From NCBI GenBank assembly GCA_020425695.1, contig JAGQRE010000006.1:1-63934 (forward strand): DNA of 63,934 nt. The letters run 5' to 3'. Below the pieces are notes generated by a model, which did no database searches, was not told the origin of the DNA, and worked only from the letters and a program-made list of their open reading frames with translations. The DNA comes from Planctomycetota bacterium. Lineage in GTDB: Bacteria; Planctomycetota; UBA8742; UBA2392. Within the stretch, counting starts at the first letter, position 1. Every line of letters starts with the position of its first letter. This document shows, piece by piece, positions 39,690 through 46,755 of the stretch. A program made the translations under genes and the position numbers.

Positions 39690-39965
39690 TCAATCGCCGG
39701 CGGAAGGATCAGAGCGGGACGTCGGGTGGAAATGGGTGGAATCCGCGTGGGTGAACTGCCAGTGGCACGCAAAGCGCTGAATCGAATTGCGGTCCGCGAT
39801 GAGTACTGTGCGCCAACAACCGACACACTGGGACAGCACTTCTTCGGCAGGCACGATCGAGTGCCATGCCAGCGGGGTGACGTCATCGAACGTGGTGATT
39901 GGGGAGCAGTGTGCGTGAGTGACGTTCCCGAACGCGGGCGCTTCGCCCGGGTGTGCACCTGCCAA
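39690..39965 (-). CDS. Possible small Cys/His-rich protein
   Basis: The ORF starts 13 nt after the stop of 39978..40166 in the same operon direction and contains CVGCW...CHW. Support is weak. Confidence 0.25.
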   Translation of the reverse strand: MAGAHPGEAPAFGNVTHAHCSPITTFDDVTPLAWHSIVPAEEVLSQCVGCWRTVLIADRNSIQRFACHWQFTHADSTHFHPTSRSDPSAGD

Positions 39966-39977
39966 TGGATCGCTGCT

Positions 39978-40166
39978 TCACGCGCAGTTGGATTCTCGGG
40001 CATCAGCAAGTGCTTTCTCGTGCCGCTTCCTGCGCTCGTCACTGTGCTTACGGGCTGTCGAAAGGGCTTTGGCCTGTTCATTCTCGGCCTTCTTGCGCGC
40101 TGCGTCGTCTTCCTTCGCAGTCTTTACGACTGAGTTCTCTTCCTCGAAGAGTCTGGACAGCTTCAT
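39978..40166 (-). CDS. Small Lys/Glu-rich protein
   Basis: ATG 40166 overlaps the upstream stop in an ATGA arrangement. Sequence begins MKLSRLFEEENSVVKTAKEDDAARKKAENEQ... Confidence 0.4.
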   Translation of the reverse strand: MKLSRLFEEENSVVKTAKEDDAARKKAENEQAKALSTARKHSDERRKRHEKALADARESNCA

Positions 40167-40411
40167 CTGTCCCTCCCCCTGGAAGCCTTGCGTCTCTGGG
40201 TTCGAAGACTCTTGCCTCGCCGGCTCCAGTACGCGCGCTTTGATTCGAGCAACCGCTGTCTGTTTTGGTTTGCCCATTTGCGATAGCTGTCAGAACAGCA
40301 CTTACGGCACGTGGAGCGCCGCTCGAGTTCGCCACGAACACGAAGTGGGAAGTCATCGAGCGGCAGGTTCTGCGCACACTGGGCGCAGCGTTGGTGATTG
40401 TTGGTTTCCAT
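40163..40411 (-). CDS. Small Cys-rich (zinc-finger-like) protein
   Basis: METNNHQRCAQCAQNLPLDDF...STCRKCCSDSYRKW. An alternative start lies at 40480. Confidence 0.4.
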   Translation of the reverse strand: METNNHQRCAQCAQNLPLDDFPLRVRGELERRSTCRKCCSDSYRKWANQNRQRLLESKRAYWSRRGKSLRTQRRKASRGRDR

Positions 40412-40433
40412 ACCGTATCTTTGCCTGCCAGCA

Positions 40434-40727
40434 CTACCGGCGAGACAATCGAGTCCGCAGACGTCGAATCGAGAGATCATCGCCTGTGGCCAGGGCTAGC
40501 CTCAGCGCACTTCCATCCCGGTAGAGAGCATCGGTCGGTTGAATCCGCGACCACTCAGCGGCCAACATCAACGTCTCTTCGACCCGCGATTTGTAAGGGA
40601 AGACGAGAAGCCCACCGGCAACGCGAACGCGGCGATAACCAAGAAACGAGAGACCGAGCAAGTACAGACGGAATTGGTCGGTCATGTAATCGGGCAACTC
40701 GCCAACTAACTTAGCAGTCGTGATCAT
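40434..40727 (-). CDS. Hypothetical protein (97 aa)
   Basis: Its start overlaps the recombinase stop by 4 nt (ATGA-type coupling). Confidence 0.45.
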   Translation of the reverse strand: MITTAKLVGELPDYMTDQFRLYLLGLSFLGYRRVRVAGGLLVFPYKSRVEETLMLAAEWSRIQPTDALYRDGSALRLALATGDDLSIRRLRTRLSRR

Positions 40728-41413
40728 GCTTCAACCTCCTGGCGCTGAAGCACGCCGCGGATGGTCTTGGGGTACCACTTCCCACCCTTCTTGGCTGGCA
40801 CGCCATCTCGATTGAGTTGCTTTGCAATACGAAGGTAGCCGTAACCCTGCTCACGCAGACCGAGGATCCGATCAACGATGCGCTGCTCGTCCTCCACAGG
40901 GACCAGCAGGCCATCGTCGTCGGCTTCGTAACCCAACGGGATCTCCCCCACCCGGTAGCCGTCGGCGCGCTTGGACGCGAGAGCTTCCCTGGTCCGGTCG
41001 CCGATGAGATTGCGCTCGAACTCTGCGAAGGTGGCGATCAGGGAGAAGAACATCTTCCCGGCCGCAGTGCTGGTGTCGAAGTCCTCAGTCAAAGACGCGA
41101 AGTCCACGCCATAGCGACGGAACTCGTTGGTGGTGTTCAGGGCGTCGGTGGCGTTTCTGAACATCCGGTCCAGCTTGACCACGACCACGACGTCACACTC
41201 TCGCCGCCGGACCAACTCCAGGATCTCTCGGGCACCGTCGCGATTGAGGTTCTTGGCGGAGACGCCGGCGTCGACCACAACCTTGACCAGCTCCCAACCC
41301 TTGGCGACGCAGTGGGCTTCCAATCGCTTCTTCTGGGCAGCCAAGGAGATGCCCTCGTTGGCCTGCTCCAAGGTCGAGACGCGAGTGTAGGCGATGACTC
41401 GGTTCCTGTTCAT
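40724..41413 (-). CDS. Small serine recombinase (resolvase domain + partial recombinase domain, no zinc ribbon)
   Basis: VIAYTRVSTLEQANEGISLAAQ, VVVKLDRMFRN and GDRTREAL are present. The start is placed at ATG 41413 inside ORF 40724..41542. Confidence 0.85.
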   Translation of the reverse strand: MNRNRVIAYTRVSTLEQANEGISLAAQKKRLEAHCVAKGWELVKVVVDAGVSAKNLNRDGAREILELVRRRECDVVVVVKLDRMFRNATDALNTTNEFRRYGVDFASLTEDFDTSTAAGKMFFSLIATFAEFERNLIGDRTREALASKRADGYRVGEIPLGYEADDDGLLVPVEDEQRIVDRILGLREQGYGYLRIAKQLNRDGVPAKKGGKWYPKTIRGVLQRQEVEA

Positions 41414-41673
41414 CGGCTCACCCTCCCCCGGCTGGTCGCCAGGACAGCGATGGTCTCGGTCAGGTCCAGATCGAGCACGGTGTCGAGGTCTACCCGAACC
41501 ACGACGAGGCCTTCCTGGGTCCAGGCATCGCGGCCGGTCCACGTGTGATCGCTAGATGAAACAAGGAAGGAAGGGACAAAGTCGATGCGCAGACAGGCGT
41601 CTGCTGCACCCTGGGCCAGCACGAACTGAGCGCCTGGTGAATCACCTGACCAGGCTACGAGGTACGTCTTCAT
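41410..41673 (-). CDS. Hypothetical protein (87 aa)
   Basis: AAGGAGAAAGCC precedes ATG 41673. Its stop overlaps the recombinase start by 4 nt. Confidence 0.45.
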   Translation of the reverse strand: MKTYLVAWSGDSPGAQFVLAQGAADACLRIDFVPSFLVSSSDHTWTGRDAWTQEGLVVVRVDLDTVLDLDLTETIAVLATSRGRVSR

Positions 41674-41707
41674 GGCTTTCTCCTTGGGTTAGAACCACCA
41701 AGGAAAA

Positions 41708-41723
41708 AGCACGCGACGTGCCA
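41708..41723 (-). promoter_or_regulatory. Sigma54-like -24/-12 element
   Basis: The minus strand reads TGGCAC-GTCGC-GTGCT (GG-N10-GC), about 34 nt upstream of ATG 41673. Confidence 0.45.
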
Positions 41724-41741
41724 GCCTGAAACCCATATGCG

Positions 41742-41781
41742 GAATGGTTCCGAACCCGCGTTGCGAAATTCGGAACCATTC
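41742..41781. repeat. 13-bp perfect inverted repeat
   Basis: GAATGGTTCCGAA (41742-54), a 14-nt spacer, then TTCGGAACCATTC (41769-81). It lies between the zinc-ribbon gene stop and the sigma54-like element. Confidence 0.7.
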
Positions 41782-41887
41782 GGAATTGGAGGGAGGTGTT
41801 ACTGACGAGAAACAGCTCTGTATCGACGGAGAATCAGCCTGTTTCTGGGGATTAACAAGCGACGAGTTGGCACGTCGCGTGCGTTCG

Positions 41888-42283
41888 CTACTTGGGCTTC
41901 TTTGTGGGTTCGGTTGACCGAGATCGCTTGAGCGCCGCGTCCTCGATATCCGATGTCGTTGGGGCCGCAGGAACAACTGGCTTCTTCGGCTTAGCCTTTC
42001 CCAATACTTTGAAAGCCGGTGTTCCACACTCGGGGCAGGGGACGCCTTCCTTTATGCTCTTGAACAGCCCAACGTCGAACTTGTGGCCCGAGGGGCAGAC
42101 CAGTGTCTTGGTCCGGCGATCGAAGACCTTCTTGATGGCGTCCAGGGCGAACTGAAGCCCTTCGATCTCGCCGGTTAACTTGGCTTTGCCGCCACCCTTT
42201 GCTGCATCCAGCTTGGACTGGGTCGTCGCCAGGCGTTGGCCGATCTCGGTTGAAAGGAATGCGAACTTGTCTCGTTTGGCCAT
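41888..42283 (-). CDS. Zinc-ribbon protein with basic C-tail
   Basis: GGAGGTGCCAATC precedes ATG 42283. CPSGH...CPECG is present and the C-terminus is KAKPKKPVVP...KKPK. Confidence 0.55.
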   Translation of the reverse strand: MAKRDKFAFLSTEIGQRLATTQSKLDAAKGGGKAKLTGEIEGLQFALDAIKKVFDRRTKTLVCPSGHKFDVGLFKSIKEGVPCPECGTPAFKVLGKAKPKKPVVPAAPTTSDIEDAALKRSRSTEPTKKPK

Positions 42284-42306
42284 GATTGGCACCTCCGCCT
42301 GGTAAA

Positions 42307-42322
42307 AGCACGCGAGATGCCA
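42307..42322 (-). promoter_or_regulatory. Sigma54-like -24/-12 element
   Basis: The minus strand reads TGGCAT-CTCGC-GTGCT (GG-N10-GC), about 23 nt upstream of ATG 42283. It shares TCGCGTGCTTTT with the element at 41708-41723. Confidence 0.45.
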
Positions 42323-42366
42323 AGTCGAGAACTGCAACTGATGCGACAAGTTGAGGGAAGTCTGAG

Positions 42367-42416
42367 TTGGGTATAACCAGCCTTTGGCCTCGGTGACGAA
42401 CTTTGGGTATAACCAG
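42367..42416. repeat. Two perfect 14-bp direct repeats (candidate operator/UAS)
   Basis: TTGGGTATAACCAG occurs at 42367-42380 and 42403-42416 (36-bp period), in the divergent region between 42283(-) and 42521(+). Confidence 0.75.
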
Positions 42417-42520
42417 ATGCCCAGTGGGTAACATTACCTCAGATTGGCGATATCTCTTGTAGAATGGCTGGCACACTGAGACCGAGCTCGGTCGCCAATG
42501 TCAAGTCGGAGAACACTTAG

Positions 42521-43402
42521 ATGCCAGCGAAACGGCCTAAGGCAGCTTCCAAGAAGAAGAAGCCCGCGAAAAGAACCAAAGCAGTTCCCAAGAAGAAAAA
42601 GACTGTCCCCCCGATCATGGGAGCCCATCCAGCCAAGGGGAGCTTCATTGCTGACGTATTGAACGCGACCGACGGGGAAACAACCCTGAACTTTCCTCAC
42701 CGCAGCCTGATTGAACGCGTAAACAAACGGAAGTCGTTCGTGTCGAAGCTTCGGGAGTGCATCAAAACCCATCACGCGAGCGCAGATCAGCTCAAAAGAG
42801 ACCGAGAACGTAGGGCAGCGTTCAAAAAGCTTGGGCTCGAGAAGGAAGCCAAGAAGATCAAGCGCTTTCCCAGAAACTCAGATACGCGCAAGGGTAACCT
42901 GGCAGAAGTGTTACTCGCCGAATACCTGGAAGTCGTATGCAAAGCGAAGGTCCCAATTTTTCGTCTCCGATACAATCCAAACGTGGATCAATCGATGAAG
43001 GGGGACGATCTACTTCTGTTCGATTTTGATTCCAATCCTCCTCGAGTAATTGTGGGTGAAGCAAAGTTTCGAAGTGCTTCAAGCACTACGACGGTCAGGA
43101 AGATGGTCGAAGCTCTGCAAGTGTCGCTAGATAGTGGCACTCCGGCGTCACTGACGTTTGTTGCGGATCGACTGTTTGAACAGGGTGAAGAAGAACTTGG
43201 TAAGCAAGTGAATGCTGTGCCCGAGCTCCTGGTCGTGGGCAAAGTCGAAATGGCCTATGTGGGATTTTTGCTGAGTGACGCTAAAGCCGCCACGAGAATC
43301 AATGGCTCAACAGCACCGTTCAAGGGGCGTCTTGCGTTGCTATCTCTATCTCTGGACAAGCCGACCTCCTTAGTTGCGCCTTGCTACAAGGGACTGAGCT
43401 AG
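42521..43402 (+). CDS. hamA: HamA-like PD-(D/E)xK protein (Hachiman-type partner) with polybasic N-tail
   Basis: RKGNLAEVLLAEYLE ... GDDLLLFDFDSNPPRVIVGEAKF fits a D...ExK nuclease-fold pattern. The gene sits immediately upstream of a DExH helicase. An alternative start is ATG 42617. Confidence 0.55.
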   Translation: MPAKRPKAASKKKKPAKRTKAVPKKKKTVPPIMGAHPAKGSFIADVLNATDGETTLNFPHRSLIERVNKRKSFVSKLRECIKTHHASADQLKRDRERRAAFKKLGLEKEAKKIKRFPRNSDTRKGNLAEVLLAEYLEVVCKAKVPIFRLRYNPNVDQSMKGDDLLLFDFDSNPPRVIVGEAKFRSASSTTTVRKMVEALQVSLDSGTPASLTFVADRLFEQGEEELGKQVNAVPELLVVGKVEMAYVGFLLSDAKAATRINGSTAPFKGRLALLSLSLDKPTSLVAPCYKGLS

Positions 43403-43404
43403 CC

Positions 43405-46400
43405 ATGCCTATCCCCCCCGAACTCGCTACCGAGACCATCCGGATATTGTCCAGCGGCAGAGCCGCAAACCTGCAAGCGCAGTCCCGCTCGTTCTCGATC
43501 CTCAAGGAAGTTGGCGAGATCGACGAGAACTTCCCAGCTTTCGACACTGACCTTCCTGAGAAGACAACTCACATTGCGTTCGCGCTCCTCTCTGCAGCCT
43601 GCAGCCTCGCGGAGCAGGATCGAAGGGAAGACAGTATCTCACCACTTGAACGCGCAGCGGACTTGCTCAGCAACGTCCACGTAGCCAACACCGACGGCTC
43701 TAAGGGCGCGGCGTTCAACTGCCTGATAGCTGCAATGGCCTACTATGCGGCAGGGCAATACTCACGGGCCTTTGTGCTACTGCGCGACATCGAACACGCC
43801 ACTCCGGTATCCCGTGTTCTGGCATCCTTCATTCGGCGCGACGTGGACGGACTCATTCGTCAACTGAATGACGTGCTGTTGGCAGATTCGCCGGAGTTCC
43901 GCGAACAGAGTGTCCTTGACGAGTGGGCAATGACACTGGCGGTTGCACGTACTGTGTCCACGGCGTTCGAATTCGTACTCACAGGCCAACTCGGTCCGCT
44001 TGATGAGACTATAGATAGAGACCTGGATGCAGCTTGGTCGATTTCAAAGTCTGGCGGGTATTCGGCATGGTGGTGGCTTATCAGACTGCTCAAGTTGATG
44101 CTCACCGATCTTCGACAATCTTCACCCTGGTCAGTACTCCCCCCTCACTTCGATCCAGAGGTCGGTGCCCGGCTTCGTCGCTACATCTCACTGCTGAGCT
44201 TTGGGCGAACTCCGGTGTTTGAGCTCTGGACATCACAACGCATCGCCTTGGGAACAGCTTTGGATCCATCTTCCAGGGGCGCCGTTATCAACCTGAGGAC
44301 AAGCGCGGGTAAGACCAGAGTTGCAGAAACCGCCATTCTGAAGACGCTTCTCGAGAACGCTGGGTCGAAAGTTCTATACATCGCTCCTTTCCGGTCCCTT
44401 GCGTTTGAAATTGAGGAGTCCCTGAACAGTACTCTTCAGTGGATGGGTTGCACGGTAACGCACTTGTATGGAGGCTCGCGATTCGGGGCTGCCGACGCGG
44501 TAATGGCGTCTGAAGCGAAAATCATAGTGGCCACTCCCGAGAAAACGCGATCTATGCTGCGGGCACAGCCCGAATTCCTAGATGACGTCAAGCTCGTCGT
44601 CATTGACGAAGGCCATCTCATCGGTCCATCTGAACGCTTTGTACGGAACGAAGTGTTTCTTGAGCACTTGCGCGGCCACTTGAGCAGAACCGACTCGCGC
44701 ATCCTGTTGCTCTCTGCGGTACTCCCCAATGTGCAGCAAATGGCTCAGTGGATCGCTGGCGATGCCGACTCAGCAGCCGTTTCAAACTGGAAGCCCGCCG
44801 GAGAGCAGTTTGGATGGCTTAGGTGGAGCGGCAAAAGCGTAAAGCTGGAGTGGCATGGTGATATACCTTCATTCAATCCGTCATTCGTCGTCGCAACACC
44901 GACTTCAAAACGCAAGGGGGCGAGGCACTTCCCACGAAACAAGAATGAGGCAGTTGCGGCAACGGCCGTCAAACTCAGTGCAATTGGCCCGATAATGATT
45001 TTTATCGGGCAGGCTCGCTCAGTCCCGCCAATGGCAAAACACGTTATGACTGCTATGGGTGACTCAGCTCAAACCCACGTTTGGCCGGCAACTACATGGA
45101 ACGTCTTTGAGTCAGCATGCATGGAGGAACTCGGTCCGGACTCGCTCGTGCAGAAAGCAGCGCGTGTCGGCATCATCTGCCACAGTAACGCGCTGACACC
45201 ACAGGTTCGCAACGCTATGGAACGCTTGATGCGTTCAACCCCTCCCCGCATCATCATCGCAACCACAACGTTAGCCCAGGGCGTCAACGTAGGCATTAGT
45301 GCAGTGATCGTGGCATCAACGTCCATCGGGAACAAAAAGAGCGTTGGCGTTCGAGACTTCTGGAACATCTGCGGTCGCGCAGGGCGCGCTTTCTCCGACT
45401 CAGAGGGGAAGGTCCTATATGCCTTAGATGACTCCCTCAAAGACTGGCAAAAGAGGGCCGCCCGGAAACAAGCCAAGATCTACCTGAACGGGTTGGGATC
45501 CAGCTACGTCGAGAGCGGGCTTTTGGTTGTTGTGAGTCGTCTACGCCGCGTTGCCGAAGCAGCAGGCGTGGTATTCGAAGATCTACTTACCATGGCAGCC
45601 GAGAATGACTTCTCGATCTTAGACGACCAGGCGACCGCGTTCGGTCAAGTGTGCGATCTCATTGATGATGAACTTTTGGCAATGCACCTTGATCCCAGAC
45701 TCAACGCCGATGGTCGAGAGCCAGCTGAGTGGATAGACGATGTGCTTCGAGACTCCCTAGCAAGCATCCAAGCCGCTACAGGAAACTACCCAATAGACCC
45801 AGACGAACTCTTGGCATTCTTATCGTCGCGCGCTACGGCGGTTTTAGCTCAGGTACCGGAGGATGATGACAGGCGGAGTCTCGCCGCCACTGCCCTGCCC
45901 TTCAGCACTGCAAGATTCATGCAAGCAGACAGGGACTTATTCATCGAAGTAGCTGAGCGATTGCTTCAGGATAATCTGGCTCTAGAGAGTCTTGTGTGGG
46001 CCGTTGGAGCGGTCGAGGACTGGGCTTTACTCAAGGCTCAGGCTGTAGTGGCCAAAATGCCCGAAAAATCGGAGCTTGACCAGATTCGAGAAGGTTGGCT
46101 TGGGGGCGTTGCTCTAAGCGAGCTATCTGAACGTGTTCACTCAGCCGCAAAGCTCGCAAAAGACTTCTATGGCTATCAACTCCCTTGGATTTTACACGCA
46201 GCTTCCCAACACATTCGCCGATCCGCTGGTGAAGATACCGCGAACGCACTTGCGTCACTATCCCTATTGACGGAACTCGGTGTACCGACCACCAAAGCAG
46301 CCTTCGCTTACTTGGCTGGACTTAGGTCAAGAGTAGCCGCTACGGAGTTGGCGAGGGTTGCGCCTGAAATTGGAAACAGCGTGGATGAAGTCAGGCTGTC

Positions 46401-46740
46401 GCTCCGGGATAGTGCGTTCATTCGTGGCCTGACGGGTCGCATTTCGAACGGAACCCTTGCATGGGTGGATTTGCTTCTTGTGCAGTTCCGAGTTGCCAGC
46501 GATGGTCTCCCGAAGTGTGCTGATTTTGCGCTTTCGGACCCGGTACCCGTAAGCGAGCTTTACGCAAGGACCCTAGGGAAGTCCACTTTCCTCTGTTCTC
46601 TGGACGGTCGCTTCAAGGTCGAAGTAGGATCTAACGATGACTTTCCGTTCAGCAAGCTTGCAGATCGCGCAAGTGTGTCGTTCGTGAAGGATGGGGATTC
46701 ATGGCAAATGCGCCAGCGAGATCCGCGGTCGAGGTCTTGA
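43405..46740 (+). CDS. hamB: HamB-like SF2 DExH helicase
   Basis: Helicase blocks RTSAGKTRVAE (motif I), VIDEGHLIG (II), LLSAV (III), ATTTLAQGVNVG (V) and ICGRAGRAF (VI). ATG 43405 lies 2 nt after the upstream stop. Confidence 0.65.
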   Translation: MPIPPELATETIRILSSGRAANLQAQSRSFSILKEVGEIDENFPAFDTDLPEKTTHIAFALLSAACSLAEQDRREDSISPLERAADLLSNVHVANTDGSKGAAFNCLIAAMAYYAAGQYSRAFVLLRDIEHATPVSRVLASFIRRDVDGLIRQLNDVLLADSPEFREQSVLDEWAMTLAVARTVSTAFEFVLTGQLGPLDETIDRDLDAAWSISKSGGYSAWWWLIRLLKLMLTDLRQSSPWSVLPPHFDPEVGARLRRYISLLSFGRTPVFELWTSQRIALGTALDPSSRGAVINLRTSAGKTRVAETAILKTLLENAGSKVLYIAPFRSLAFEIEESLNSTLQWMGCTVTHLYGGSRFGAADAVMASEAKIIVATPEKTRSMLRAQPEFLDDVKLVVIDEGHLIGPSERFVRNEVFLEHLRGHLSRTDSRILLLSAVLPNVQQMAQWIAGDADSAAVSNWKPAGEQFGWLRWSGKSVKLEWHGDIPSFNPSFVVATPTSKRKGARHFPRNKNEAVAATAVKLSAIGPIMIFIGQARSVPPMAKHVMTAMGDSAQTHVWPATTWNVFESACMEELGPDSLVQKAARVGIICHSNALTPQVRNAMERLMRSTPPRIIIATTTLAQGVNVGISAVIVASTSIGNKKSVGVRDFWNICGRAGRAFSDSEGKVLYALDDSLKDWQKRAARKQAKIYLNGLGSSYVESGLLVVVSRLRRVAEAAGVVFEDLLTMAAENDFSILDDQATAFGQVCDLIDDELLAMHLDPRLNADGREPAEWIDDVLRDSLASIQAATGNYPIDPDELLAFLSSRATAVLAQVPEDDDRRSLAATALPFSTARFMQADRDLFIEVAERLLQDNLALESLVWAVGAVEDWALLKAQAVVAKMPEKSELDQIREGWLGGVALSELSERVHSAAKLAKDFYGYQLPWILHAASQHIRRSAGEDTANALASLSLLTELGVPTTKAAFAYLAGLRSRVAATELARVAPEIGNSVDEVRLSLRDSAFIRGLTGRISNGTLAWVDLLLVQFRVASDGLPKCADFALSDPVPVSELYARTLGKSTFLCSLDGRFKVEVGSNDDFPFSKLADRASVSFVKDGDSWQMRQRDPRSRS

Positions 46741-46755
46741 TTCAGCGCTCAGAGA

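Noticed and set aside
39376-40133. Plus-strand ORFs 39376..39780 and 39669..40133 in the gap/operon region
   Set aside because: They overlap each other and the minus-strand coupled genes. They lack an RBS and motifs, and their composition looks like off-frame translation.
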